64,000 nucleotides of DNA, taken from positions 18,352,001-18,416,000 of the forward strand of contig NC_042997.1 of NCBI RefSeq assembly GCF_006345805.1. Direction: 5' to 3'. The position numbers were made by a program, and so were the translations under genes. This document shows positions 1-12,800 of the stretch, one piece after another (within the stretch, counting starts at the first letter, position 1; each line of letters starts with the position of its first letter). Origin of the DNA: Octopus sinensis. Its lineage: Eukaryota. Under the pieces are notes generated by a model, which did not search any database, was not told the DNA's origin, and saw nothing but the letters and a program-made list of their open reading frames with translations.

Positions 1-1170
1 ACTTTCGTTCCCATTGTCATGCCTTGTATTTGGTGGTAATATTGGTTGCCAAAGAGAAAATAGTTGTTTTCCAATGCCAATCATAATCCTTCAAGTATAA
101 ATCTTTACACACACACACACGTATATGTTATCGAACACTTTGCTCAAAAATAATAATAATAAACACTTCAAAAAGGAAATAGAGTAGTTATACTTTTAAA
201 TTGTCAAGCAGTATATTTTTTGACTTTGCATATAGCCAGGTCAGAAAGTAATCGAAGGCTTCGCATCTAGCATTACACTTAACAATATTGACAACCCTTT
301 ACCAAGTACAATACAATATGCAAAACCATTGGTGACTTTCTCACCAACTATGTGCCATAACAACGAATATGCTGCTTGGTAAAATAAAAATGTATATGTA
401 TGTGCATGTGTATGTGTGTGAGAGAGATTTACGTTTGTTTTACTTTAGTTTCATATTGATTATAGTTATTACACACTTTGAGAAATATCTCCATGATATA
501 TATTATGCATTTGACATGTATTTTCTGATTTGCATTTTTATAATGTGAAAGAAGAAAGGTGTACGGATTTGGGGGCACATCAAGCAAGGAAACTACACAC
601 ACACACAAACAACTATACACACATAAAACTATACACACACATACAACTATACACACACACAACATATATTGAGTATCTTTCCTTCAGTTGGTTAATGAAA
701 ACCATGTGTATATACATATACATAGATGCAGTTAAAATTTGTAAAACATTCCTGAGATTCTCTATAAGAGTTTCCCATGCTAAACATATGAAAAAAATGC
801 TCCAGGAACGAGATTCACTGTGGATTTTCTGGGCCAGGCATATGCATATCTCTGCATATACATATGGAATGCATAAAAATATACACATAAGAGGGAAGAA
901 TAAACACTTGTAAACTAAAGTAGTAAAAATGTGTATCAGTGACACTTGAATACTAAAGTAAAACACACATTCACCACACAAATGCAAATTATACATGAGC
1001 ATAAACATGTGTATAGATTCATATCAACCGATTCAAACGACTACAGATCTCCACCCCCCACCCCCAGCACTTGTTTAAATGTAGCAAAAGAGCCTTGCCA
1101 CTTGGTCAGTGGCTAACTTGAATTTTTCAGATGGAAAAACCTTAAATATTGAAGATGCAGACGTATTACG

Positions 1171-1430
<260 letters not shown>

Positions 1431-2478
1431 GAAGATTATTGCTCACTTTCCATTTACCTGCCTGATAGATCAGAAACTATGGTAAAAGTTCCTTTCCCAA
1501 AGGACCGTGTGATTGAACACAGAACCATGTTGTAATGAATCAAACATTTGAAATGTGCCTATCTGAAGGAAGAGCACGAAGTCAGCAACAATATTTCAAC
1601 TCATGAGATTATGATTGTCTCTTCTGATATCTTAACTATTCAGCCACCATAAATCTAAAGCCAATATTTAGAGGGATAAATATGAGGAACTTGATCTGGA
1701 CTGTAGTATATCAGACTTGATAATTAATTGTATGTACTTGTCTTGGGTTCAAATTCAACAGGGGCGATGATTTAATCTCTAATGGCAATTAAATAAGTAC
1801 TGATAATATATTAAACTTATGCATTATTAAAATAAATCAGTATTATAATGGATAGAAGTGAACACTGCAGAATCAGATGTATGCAGATTGTGCTTTCTAT
1901 TGTGTCATCAAGTTCAGACATTGACGTTTCCTGCGATATAATCAGATTAAACTGTCTTTGTCTATGGGTGGAAGTACTTGTAAGTATTGGCATGTGATGT
2001 TAGTGAAGAGAATTCATTCTGTACAGATAAATCTTTGCTGTGTGCAGTAAAATAAACAGTCGTTGATCACTGTAGCTTAACAGCACAACTGAAATTGGCC
2101 TTTGAATACCGATTTCTGGAGAATAATCTACAATTGAATTCATAAGTTTATTACGATGAGAGAGCCTTCTTTGGTTTCGACGATGAGCATTCAGTTACTC
2201 ATGAAACTGGTGTGTAAACAGTTGAGTAGTCCACTGACCCATGTAACTTTAGAGTAATTTCAGACTGAATTAGTGAGACAGTGTGTAAATAAGATAACCT
2301 TTAACTTGAAAGTACAATCCTACTAGCATCTGCGTATGTCTATGATATTACAATATGGGCAGATTTACCCAATTTCACTTGCACGACAAAAGATTACATA
2401 ACGACTGGGCGAAATTTCATTTGATTTGTGAATAAAATTTTTGAAAACTGACACTAAATATTTTGTTCACCTCCATTT

Positions 2479-2764
2479 GACGATCTATTGGGTATGATGG
2501 AAGGTAAATAACTATTTTCTTCACAGAATATAATGAATCCAAGTCTATATCGAATGCACATTTACTGAAAGACGATGGCACAGATGAAGACTCACAAAAA
2601 TTTTGATTAATACCTAGAGAAAGGAAACCAGGATACTTACTATAACATTCCAACTGATTTATAAAGGAATAAAAGCTTTCAATAATAGTAGCAACAAATG
2701 CTAGTAATAGATATGACAAGTTACATTTAGAGTCATAATCAAAATTAGAACTGGTGTGAGATTG
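2479..2764 (-). CDS. Weak candidate coding exon of unknown gene (QSHTSSNFDY...CAFDIDLDSLYSVKKIVIYLPSYPIDRQME)
   Basis: Non-repetitive open frame of ~95 codons between tag| and GAG|gtgaac. The acceptor is poor and an internal ttcctttctctag acceptor near 2613 is an alternative. No family recognised. Confidence 0.2.
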
Positions 2765-3949
2765 CTAGAAACTTTTCTTTCATTATAGAGTAACAATTGT
2801 ATCTCAACAGACATCTTTTCAAGACATCAGAAAACCAAAAACAGAAGGAAATCAAATGGTATATGAAGATAAAACACTAGTTTCCATAGGCAACGAATGG
2901 ATGATACAATAGCAAGAACATTTCAATAATTATTCGATCACGATCATAATGCTGACATTACAATCCTATATGTTGATCCAGTGTTATGTTGGTTTCAGCC
3001 TGTTGTATCTCAATGAAGTCAGGACATAAACAGACAATTGAAAAACGACAATGCATTTGAAGGAGACAACTTGCCAATAAAATCTTCAAATTTTCTCTTG
3101 ATCATATACAACATGATTTCTTTATCTCATGGATTTGAGATACTGAATATACTTCACAACACTGGAATACAATAGTTTGAGTAAATCAATAAGGATCCAC
3201 CTATGCAGTCTCAGTACCTACTGGAAATAGGAACCAAATCTCTCTCAAAATCCAAGCCTGCATCAATCATAAAAAAAATTTGTTATCAAAACCACAGAAT
3301 ACTATTACAGCAGAATAGCATCTACTTAATCTCTTAACTAGAAAAAAGTAACCCAAACTCCCTCAGATATCACAGTAACATCTTAAAACAGTGTATTAGA
3401 TCATGTTGATGCACAATTCGTGTGTATAAGATACAATGGGCACGGTTGGAATGCTTTAGACTAAGACTGGAGGACAAATAATGATGCTAAAAATAAAGTC
3501 TAGACGACTAATATAAGACAAGATATGAATAAATAAATTTTTATATCCTCGATATAGTGTGTGTGTGGCGGCATGATTAATACAGAAATCACTGAATATG
3601 TATGTATGTATGTATATATTCATACACACACGTACATACATACATATGTATGTATGTATGTATATAATCATACACACACACACACACACATACGTACATA
3701 CATATGTATGTTTGTCTGTATATAAAGATATACGTGGGTGTGCATGCACGTGTGTAAAGAGAATGACACAAAGAAATAAAATAAGCACAAATAAAACGAG
3801 GATGATAATAAAAGCAAGAGACAAATAAATATGAAACTGAAGAAGCACAAATAGTGGTAGAATAAATGCAAAAAAATGAAATGAAACATTAATAATTAAA
3901 ATGTATTTACAATCATGTGTGTGTTTGTGTGTGTGTGTGAACGTATACA

Positions 3950-4160
3950 TCCTTCCCTGCATGCAGGACTATCATTGCAAAGAGAGGAAAAGGAAGAATA
4001 ACAAGGACACTACAGCTAGCCCTGATCACCCTCCCTTCCTGTGCAACCACTGCAGTTGTGCTTGTTTTTCCCAAATTGGACTTGTTAGGCATCAGCAAGC
4101 TTGCAATATATGTAGGCATATCTCCCTTGCAAATCTTTGCTCACAAAGCCAAGCCATGCC
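3950..4160 (+). mobile_element. 3' end of an RTE-clade LINE (C-terminal Cys/His motif and tail)
   Basis: Translates KERKRKNNKDTTASPDHPPFLCNHCSCACFSQIGLVRHQQAC, matching the RTE C-terminal CxxC...SxIGLxxH motif, followed by an aagccaagcca tail. Confidence 0.75.
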
Positions 4161-4419
4161 AATACACACTCACACACACACACATGTTTACTTTCCATAT
4201 TTGCAGTGGTCAGGTGAAATTTGATGAGATACATATCCTATTCTTGGATGCTTTTCCTGTTCACCAACTCTCATCACTTTTCTTTTAAACACGAACAGTA
4301 AAATGGCCATGGAAGATTGCATGCAAACGATACTCTTTGTATAACAATAACTTATTCTCAACTATTGCACGGTATCTTGGAATTGGGACGTGAACACATG
4401 TGCACTTTCACATACACAC

Positions 4420-4434
4420 ACATATCTATCTATG

Positions 4435-4489
<55 letters not shown>

Positions 4490-4503
4490 TTATCTATCTA
4501 TCT
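4420..4503. repeat. (TATC)n microsatellite
   Basis: Directly visible. Confidence 0.95.
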
Positions 4504-4954
4504 TTCTATTCCACAAACTTGTGTTAAAATTATATTTAGTGCTTTTCCTCACTCTTTCATGAAAGCCTGATACACTCCCACTCTCTGTCATTGTCTTAAT
4601 TTCCTCCATAGCTCAGAGCTACCCCTGCACTAAGTTCTTCCCAACGATGGTAGTAAAAATTCATCACAGTTACACATAACAATTGTACTCCTAATGACAT
4701 TAGGAATGTTTATTATATATTTATTTGTCTATTGATAATAGTTTAAATGGCATCTATTACAGCATATGCAGTAGATGTTGGAGAAGGAATAAATGAAGGA
4801 AAGTTAAATGAAAGGGAAAAAAATAATGTCTTAAAACTGCAAGCAAAGCAGGGTTCAATTAAAATTATTCTCCATAGGTACAGATGCAGTCAGACAATGG
4901 ATCAGGAGTCTAACAGTCTTACCACTGAAGATGCACTCCTCTTCCTCTAGGTCC

Positions 4955-5285
4955 CCAAATTCTAAAGCTGCAACTATAATCGATGGCACTATGAAAAGTA
5001 GGTCTGGTGAGATTATGGAAATGCTGGAGTGGAGACAAATGGATGTGTGCTATGTGAATGAGACATGATGGAAAGGATCCTTGGTCAAACTCTTCACATG
5101 GAAGAGATAGTGGTACAAATTCTTCTGGATAAGTAATAGTGAAGGCAGAGGTAGGTAGACTTTCTATTTACTAAGAAATGGGTGCATAAAATAACCGAGA
5201 TGGTGAGGGTATGCAAGAGAATAATTAAGATGTGATTGGTTATAGAAAATTCAACATCAAGATTTTTCTCAGCATATGCCCCACA
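4955..5285 (+). mobile_element. Decayed RTE LINE AP-endonuclease fragment
   Basis: Translates ATIIDGTMKSRSGEIMEMLEWRQMDVCYVNET*WKG...YKFFWISNSEGRG / KKWVHKITEMVRVCKRIIKM*LVI...FFSAYAPQ, i.e. APE motifs NxxTM, (Q)ETxW and SAYAPQ with stops and a frameshift. Confidence 0.85.
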
Positions 5286-5299
5286 AGCAAAAGTGATAG

Positions 5300-5405
5300 A
5301 AGAAATGATGGCCTTCCTAACGCCAACAACTCCAAGAGTGTAGTGGGTGGTTTTACGTGCCACCAGCATGAGGGCCAGTCAGGCAGTACTGGCAATGGCC
5401 ATGGA
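5300..5405 (-). mobile_element. Fragment of SINE-like family D
   Basis: Reverse complement of ggcacgtaaaaccacccactacactcttggagt...ttaggaagg, shared with 21330-21390, 56045-56110 and 61735-61800. Confidence 0.8.
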
Positions 5406-5416
5406 AAAATCATGTT

Positions 5417-5452
<36 letters not shown>

Positions 5453-5461
5453 ATATATACA

Positions 5462-5550
<89 letters not shown>

Positions 5551-5551
5551 A

Positions 5552-5675
5552 TGACTGGTTTCTTTCTATATCTCTCCATGAAATCTATCCACAGGGCTTT
5601 GGTCAACCCAAAGTTATAATAGAAGAGACTTGTCCATTGTACTGTGCTGTGGGTTTGAACCAGAAACCACATAGA
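5552..5675 (-). mobile_element. Decayed head of tRNA-derived SINE family A
   Basis: Similar to the reverse complement of 10680-10800. Confidence 0.7.
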
Positions 5676-5849
5676 TGATAAGTGAATGTTTTAACTACAC
5701 ATACATCTTACGACTCAAGTCACAGACACACACACACAGGTATAATATATGTATGTCTCCACGTGTATATGCATACACTTGCATACATATATGCATGCAT
5801 ACGTACATACATACGTACATACATATATACATATTCATTATTCTTTTAT

Positions 5850-6055
5850 TCTTTTACCTGTTTCAGTCATTTCACTGCAGCCATGCTGGAGTACCACCTT
5901 AAAGGATTTTATTCGAAGAGATTGACCCCAGGACTTATTCTTTTTAAGCCTAGTCTTTTTTGATGAACCATTACGTTATGGGGACGTAAGCACACCAATA
6001 TTGGTTGTCCATCCAATGGTGGGACGGAGACAAATACAGACACAAAGACACAAAC
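5850..6055 (-). mobile_element. 3' half of SINE family A (its 5' half is probably 7305-7447)
   Basis: tgtttcagtcattt..gccatgctggag..gaccccaggacttattcttt matches the reverse complement of 10860-11035. Confidence 0.8.
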
Positions 6056-6079
6056 ACAAACATATATATATATATATAG

Positions 6080-6290
6080 TTAATCCAAACAAGAAAACAC
6101 AAAAAAACACAGCAACGCGAGGACGTGGAACAAATAAAGTATTATTGGACGCTCAGGAAAGAAGGGAAGGAGGAGGGTTTAACGTTTCGAGCGGAGCTCT
6201 TTGTTGGAAACAAAGGAGAAGGAAAGATCCCGAGAAGGGAAGACAGTGGAAAAAAATTGCTGGCGGTGCTCACGAGGTCACATGTTGATA
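6080..6290 (-). mobile_element. Short (TA)n-flanked repeat with a Penelope-terminal-like GAG...CTCGAAAC motif
   Basis: The minus strand reads ccaacaaagagctccgctcgaaacgttaaac; flanked by (TA)n on both sides. Confidence 0.45.
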
Positions 6291-6294
6291 TATA

Positions 6295-6352
<58 letters not shown>

Positions 6353-6430
6353 TAATATTAGGGAGTATATCCAAACTTACAGGGAAAAATTAGATTTAGG
6401 ATTAAATCAAATTTCACAGTATAAATATTA

Positions 6431-6872
6431 ATTAAATTAGAGATAAAACCACTCAAACTCAAACTCAGTGATAGACATAAACCAAAACATAAAAAACAAA
6501 AAATAAATATAATTAATATAATATAAAAAAATATACATAAAATATAAAATTTAAAATTTAAATTATTGAAATTTTAAATTTATAAATTTATATTTATAAA
6601 TTTTTTTTACTTTTATATTTTAATTTTAAATTTATAAACTTTTAAACTTTTAAAAAAAGTTAAAAAAGGTTAAAAGTTTAAAAGTTTAAAAATTTATAAA
6701 TTTAAAATTAAAATATAAAAATTTATAAATATAAATTTTAAAATTTCAATAATTTAAATTTTATATTTTATATATATTTTATATTAATTATATTATTTTT
6801 TGTTTTTTTATGTTTTTGTTTATGTCTATCACTGTTTGAGTTGCCTAATAGTGGTTTTATCTCTAATTTAAT
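6431..6872. repeat. Imperfect AT-rich foldback (inverted repeat, arms ~6431-6653 and ~6670-6872)
   Basis: The terminus attaaattagagataaaaccact is mirrored by agtggttttatctctaatttaat; the centre aaacttttaaacttttaa is mirrored by ttaaaagtttaaaagttt. Confidence 0.9.
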
Positions 6873-6999
6873 TTATATATATATATTGATCAAAATAAAA
6901 ACATGATGCGAAGGATTCAGCGGTACATATGTTTCGGGCCTTTATTAGACAGATTTATAACAATGCATAATGCATCTATATATGTGTGTGTGTGTGTGT

Positions 7000-7237
7000 G
7001 GAGGCGCATGGCTTAGTGGTTAGGGTGTCAGCACCATAATCATAAGATTGTGGGTTTGATTCTTGGACCGGGTGACGTGTTGTGTTCTTGAGCAAAACAC
7101 TGCATTTCACATTGCTCCAGATCACTCAGCTGGCAAAAATGAGTAAGGCTGCGATGGACTGGCGTCCTGTCCAGCTGGAGAACACATACACCATAGAAAC
7201 CGGGAAACCGGGCCCATGGGCCTCGCTAGGCTTTAAA
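7000..7237 (+). mobile_element. tRNA-derived SINE family B
   Basis: A-box tggcttagtgg and B-box gggtttgattc, body gtgttcttgagcaaaacact...cactcagctggcaaaaatgagta; other copies at 15003, 21541 and 58660. Confidence 0.9.
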
Positions 7238-7252
7238 AGGGCACATTTATAT

Positions 7253-7302
<50 letters not shown>

Positions 7303-7304
7303 GA

Positions 7305-7447
7305 TGGGATTCTTTCAGTTCTTCTACCAAATCTACTCACAAGGCTCAAGGCTATAATAGAAGACGCCCAAGGTGCCATGCAGTGGGACTGAACCCAGAA
7401 CCATGTAGTTGGGAAGCAAGCTTCTTACCACACAGCCATGCCTGTGC
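7305..7447 (-). mobile_element. 5' half of SINE family A
   Basis: Reverse complement of ggcatggctgtgtggtaagaagcttgcttccc...ggttctgggttcagtcccactgcatggcaccttggg. Confidence 0.88.
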
Positions 7448-8753
7448 CTGCACAGAGTCATAAGTATGTGTGTGTGTGTGTGTGTGAGTGTGTGTATGCA
7501 TGCACACGTGTGTGTATGCGTGCACACGTGTGTGCATATGTAAATAGAAGAAATGTGTATATATAAGTATACACACACATATGAATGTATGTGGAGCTAT
7601 ACTGAAGGATGAGGATGATATGAAAATAGATGGACAAGTAGGTAAGTAAATGGAGAGATAAGTATACATATATAAATCGGGAACAATAGAAATAAAAGGA
7701 AGTAAATAAAAACAGAGTGAAGGAGAGGGGAAGAAGAAAAAAGGGGAAGCTGAGAGAGAGAAAGCAACTTAGAAGTCACCAAATTGTGAAGCATAGACTG
7801 AGGTAAAGAAGAAGATAAGGCAGAGTAGAGGTAAGAAGAGAAAGGCAGGAAGGTAAATAGAGAAAGAAAATATATCTAAGGGCAGACAAAGAAATAGAAA
7901 GGAAAAGGTGAAAGGGCCTAGAAAAAGAGTGAGAGACGAAGTTAGAAACAGTAAGAAAGATATACAGGTAGAAAGACAGAAACAGAAAAAAAATGTAGGG
8001 TGGGGGGAGAAAATGAAATATCTGCAGATTTTTCATTTAGACTAATAGAACGTTATTGATTTTTTTATCCCCACTTCTTTTTCTGATAGAGTAATATTGA
8101 TTTCCATTCTGACTAGTAAAATAGCATGACCCCTACACTTTCTCAGATATTTCAAACCCTTATCACCATAGATACAGTAGCCAGGAAAGACTGTTACTTT
8201 GTAGTGGTAATGGCCTGCCATTTTCCCCAGGAACTAGGTGGTACTTCCTGATGTCGCATGGTTGGAACTTTAAAATCAAAAGTTCTCCATAATTCTTCAC
8301 TACATATGGATTAAAAGACTTTCTAAATCTAAACAAACAAAATTTCTATTCACATTATCACAAAGTAACTAGGACATCAAAAAAGCAACAGGAATATTAT
8401 TCCCTCCTTCCCTAAAATCACTAGCAACAAAAATGTCTACATTTCCACAAGGCCAAAATTCATAACAACTTATCTAAGGAAGAAAAACATTTTTTATGAA
8501 TAATAATGATGAGGATGATGATTTATTACATCAGTGTAAGGTCTCTGTATTCTATGGGAAGAGAAATAAAATTATATGACAGGCATACTTTGGAGAATTA
8601 ATGTTATGAGCAAAAGAAAGTGGTTATGTTTGAGAATTAGAAGTGGGTCACAGACATAATTCAGCTATATTACAAGTTATTCAGTACTTATCATTCTGAT
8701 TAAATGATACACCATATTTATTAAACATTATTCTTATGCATTACATTACTTAC

Positions 8754-8835
8754 CTTCAGATTGAATTGAAGAGTATGTCTCTTTTCTGTTTTTGTTTTAA
8801 GATCTATTTTTAATTCACTAAAACTGAATCTTTGG
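8754..8835 (-). CDS. Candidate internal exon of unknown gene (xQRFSFSELKIDLKTKTEKRHTLQFNLK)
   Basis: Long T-rich tract plus gaag| acceptor, 82-nt open frame (phase 2 to 0) and a consensus AAG|gtaagt donor; no homology recognised. Confidence 0.35.
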
Positions 8836-10648
8836 CTTCACAAAAAAACAAAAAAAAAAATGAGAGAAAGAAAAAAATCTTCTTACTCCAAATTTCCCAA
8901 ATTTTATTGTGCATATATATGGGAGTATTAAGGAAGGATATTATATAAACACAGTTTGTTGTTTTTCTTGGCTAGAATTTTCGAAACAAAAGAAATTAGA
9001 TGTGTCAACCATGAGTCTAAGATCTCTTTGACTAAAACAGTGTTTTCATTTACAGATGCAGTTCATTTAGCATTCAATATTGAGTTTAGAGTTTAGTTCA
9101 TTTAACAATGAAAAACATCCTGGATTTTGTTCTTTTAGATAGCAATTAAGAAAACACAAGAAAATAGGTAATAATTTATTCAAATCTCCAAGCAACCATT
9201 CTGAGACAACCTGGCTCAGCTTAGTACATTCCAGAAACTTGAATGTTTTCCAAGAGAGATCAGTGTCTAATTTGAATGGGATTAACAGTAGTTACGTGAT
9301 CAGACTCATAGAGAAAATCAGTATCTTAGCAAAAGGAAGGTTGTTAAAGTATAGCTTCAATGGAGCTTAACTCTAAATTAATGTTATAAGATTCACTGTA
9401 GCTTAATTGTTAAAGGAATAGTTTTATAATCTATGGAGCATTCATTCATGAGATCAGTTACTTTTGCTTCATTTATACTCATAAAATAATGTATACAAAG
9501 AAGAATGAAACTTTGATAAATGACATAAGAAATTGACATGTATTTCATAAATTCTAACATTTTTTCAGATTGACTGCTATTTTTTTATTTTTTATTTTGT
9601 AGCCATAGAAAGTTCAAATGCTAGACTACTGGTGGTAGTTGTTTGATATAAAAATTCAAAATATTTACTGTTTGCAAGCATCAAAATATTTAAGCCACAT
9701 TCATAAACGACATTGTTGCAGACTATAAAAGATTTTCAAATCAGGTAAAATATTTTGAAAAACTCTCACATTTACTTCTATATCTGAGATTAGTTATTGC
9801 AATGACAACATAAATATTTTTGACTAGCATGTATTTGTTTACTACACTACCCTTTGGATCAGTTCAGTCTCTAATAGTCTTCAGGGATTTTATAAACATC
9901 TGTAGGCTGGATTTGAGCTTAGGATCTTATATCTGCTCACACATTCTTAGTCAAACTCCTTTGGGATAGCTATTGAATGGCAGCCATGTTATGCTTAAAT
10001 CTGCACTAAGCTTATTAGTTGGCTATTTGGTTAATGTTATATATGAGTGTGTGTGTGCATATATGTATGTAAATATGTATATAAGCATGTATACATCGAT
10101 GTATACATATATATATATATATATGTGTGTGTATGTGTGTGTATGTGGACAGCTGCATGCATTTATCTACTTGTTCATAAGGAAAATATTTACATCCATT
10201 TTTTCCATGCTGGCATGGGTTAGACAAACGTTTGAGTTGGGTGTTGGTTTTACTGCTGGAAGCCCTTTCTATTACAAACACTTACTTGTTTTTTGATATT
10301 TTCAAATAAGGAATCTTTTATTACACGTCTTCAAAGGCACAAAATAGCAGATGATTTGTTTAGAAGAGAAATGACATCACCACTCGTATCAATTTTGGAA
10401 ACGGTGCAAGTGTAAAACAAACACACATATATGCTCATATATATACATACATCTACGTATGCATATACATATATATATACATCTATATGTGCATATACAT
10501 ACGTTTACACACACACACAACAAATTTCTTTTAGTTGCTCTCAACCAAATTTTCTAACAAGGCTTTGGCCAGTCTGGATCCATAAAAGAAGACACTTGCT
10601 CAAGATGCCATGCAGATTTTACTTGGCCAAAATAATTTTGATTTCATT

Positions 10649-11036
10649 GGAGTGGCCATGTGGTAAGTAGCTTGCTAACCAACCACATGGTTCTGGGTTC
10701 AGTACCACTGCATGGCATCTTGGGCAAGTGTCTTCTGCTATAGCCCCGGGCTGACCAATGCCTTGTGAGTGGATTTGGTAGACGGAAACTGAAAGAAGCC
10801 TGTCATATATATGTATATATATATATGTATGTGTGTGTTTGTGTGTCTGTGTTTTCCCCCTAGCATTGCTTGACAACCGATGGTGGTGTGTTTACATCCC
10901 CGTCACTTAGTGGTTCGGCAAAAGAGACCGATAGAATAAGTACTGGGCTTACAAAGAATAAGTCCTGGGGTCGATTTGCTTGACTAAAGGTGGTGCTTCA
11001 GCATGGCCACAGTCAAATGACTGAAACAAGTAAAAG

Positions 11037-11038
<2 letters not shown>
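10649..11038 (+). mobile_element. Near full-length tRNA-derived SINE family A with an internal (TA)/(TG) microsatellite
   Basis: A-box tggccatgtgg, B-box gggttcagtacc, CORE-like tcttgggcaagtg motif, and tail gcatggccacagtcaaatgactgaaacaagtaaaag followed by (TA)n. Confidence 0.92.
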
Positions 11039-11083
<45 letters not shown>

Positions 11084-11129
11084 TAATAAAAGAAAGTTTT
11101 TGTTTTGTAATTCATACTTACCTTAATTT

Positions 11130-12800
11130 TTAATTCCCTCCATTCTCGAACCTTTTGGTTTTACTCTGTTCGATTAATTTGTTTATCCCATAACGAAGAT
11201 CTTCATATTTTGTTATCTGCATTACTTTTACTTCTAATGCAAATTTCAATTTGTTAAGAGTTTGTTAAGATCTGTTGGTTGGCTTCAGCTGTTAATAATT
11301 TGTGGCTCATTAATTATTTTCATTAGATTTTATTGCTGGTGTAGAATTGAAATACATCATTTCGTTGTGTGTAAGATGTGGTTTCTGGGTGAAACAAATG
11401 AATTACTTCTACTTGTGTTTTTACTTTCATTACCAGGGGTTTTCCAATAGTCAGGGATTAGAATTTCTTTTGTTTTGGTTATGGTCTGATTTGCTAAATT
11501 TTGGGGTTATCTTTTGTCTCTGCAGGAATATTTGTAGTTCTATCAGTCATTTTTCTTATCTATTTGAGCTTGTAACTATTGAACATATTTTACTATTTTT
11601 AATCGCATGTTTTGTCCAAAATGGGTTGGTTGGCATGATCTATAAGTATAAATATTGGTGTGTTTCCATGTCCTTGCAATGGAGATCGTTTGAAATAGTC
11701 TTATTTTCTTTAATTAACAATATGTTTATTAAAGGAAGCCCCCTTTCATTCATTTATTGTACTATTTATTTAAAGAATCTTGAGATCTTCCTTTTCTCAG
11801 TTCCAAGATATGACTCTGTTGACCAGGAATATTTTCTAGTTTTCTTTTAAATAATATTGAAAATACTGATCAAAAGTAATCTTGGATTGGGCACAGGTTT
11901 TACTTTTAGGAACTCCACCACCAGTGTTACAAATATGGGTGCAAATGTTGTGCCTATTGCTGTCCCTTTTATTTGGATGCAATATTGGTTATCAAAGGAG
12001 TAGTCGCTTTTATACATGAATTGTAATTTGTATAGTATAATTTTTTAAAAATCTTTCTTGAATTTTATCTAGGTGCTTGTCTATCCAGAATTCCACTGCT
12101 TTCAACCCAAATCCATGGGGGATATTTGTGTAGAAGCTGGTTACAATATAGCTAACCAGGATCATTTCTTATTTACTCTTTCTAGATTGTGGCTCAGGAA
12201 GTCCATGCCATCCCTAATGAAACTAGGAAACAATCAGCATAATGGTTCTGATATGATATCTAGGTAAATGCTCAATCATTGGGTGTTTGATGTTGATCCT
12301 CTAACAATTGAATGTAATTTTAAATCAGATGGTTTGGAAACTTTTTTCACATGATGTATGGAAGTCTTTTAAGCTGTTACAGATTTTCAGTAGTCCATAA
12401 AGATTGCCTGTTTTTGCTTTAAAATTATTTAGGTAATTCATCTCATTTATCTATAAACATTTTGAATTTATCTGTTAACCAATCTTATTAACTTAGTTGT
12501 TCTAAACCATTTTCTGGTAATTGGTCTAGTCTTTTATTACAATAATTCCTCCTTTGTTCATAGAAACTTTCTGTAGACGTTCCAGTTCTATTTGCTCTTT
12601 ATTTGTAATACTTACGGAAAAAAAAAACATTTGTATTTTTGTATATGCAGTTAATCTCAGATAATTTAGTTGGATTATATGTTATAATATTTTTCATCAA
12701 TTGCTAGATGCCCTTCCTTTTACCAAACCTCCTTTTCCTCATCTCTTACAACATTCAGAGACATTGTAAAGATATTCTAAAACAAAATTGCTCTTAGTAT
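11130..12800 (-). mobile_element. Decayed Penelope-like (Neptune-type) reverse transcriptase
   Basis: Minus-strand peptides NKGGIIVI, KTGNLYGLLKI, PSDLKLHSIVRG, PSFIRDGMDFL, FYTNIPHGFGLKAVEFWIDK, QIKGTAIGTTFAPIF and HQYL occur in correct PLE RT order with many stops and frameshifts. Confidence 0.88.

Noticed and set aside
2170-2215. cgatgag...ctcatgaaac motif in an old repeat
   Set aside because: The core lacks CUGA and the spacing is wrong.
7600-8010. Purine-rich tract as a possible element or ORF
   Set aside because: Simple low-complexity GA-rich DNA.
11347-11850. 167-aa plus-strand ORF
   Set aside because: It is the antisense frame of the decayed Penelope RT.
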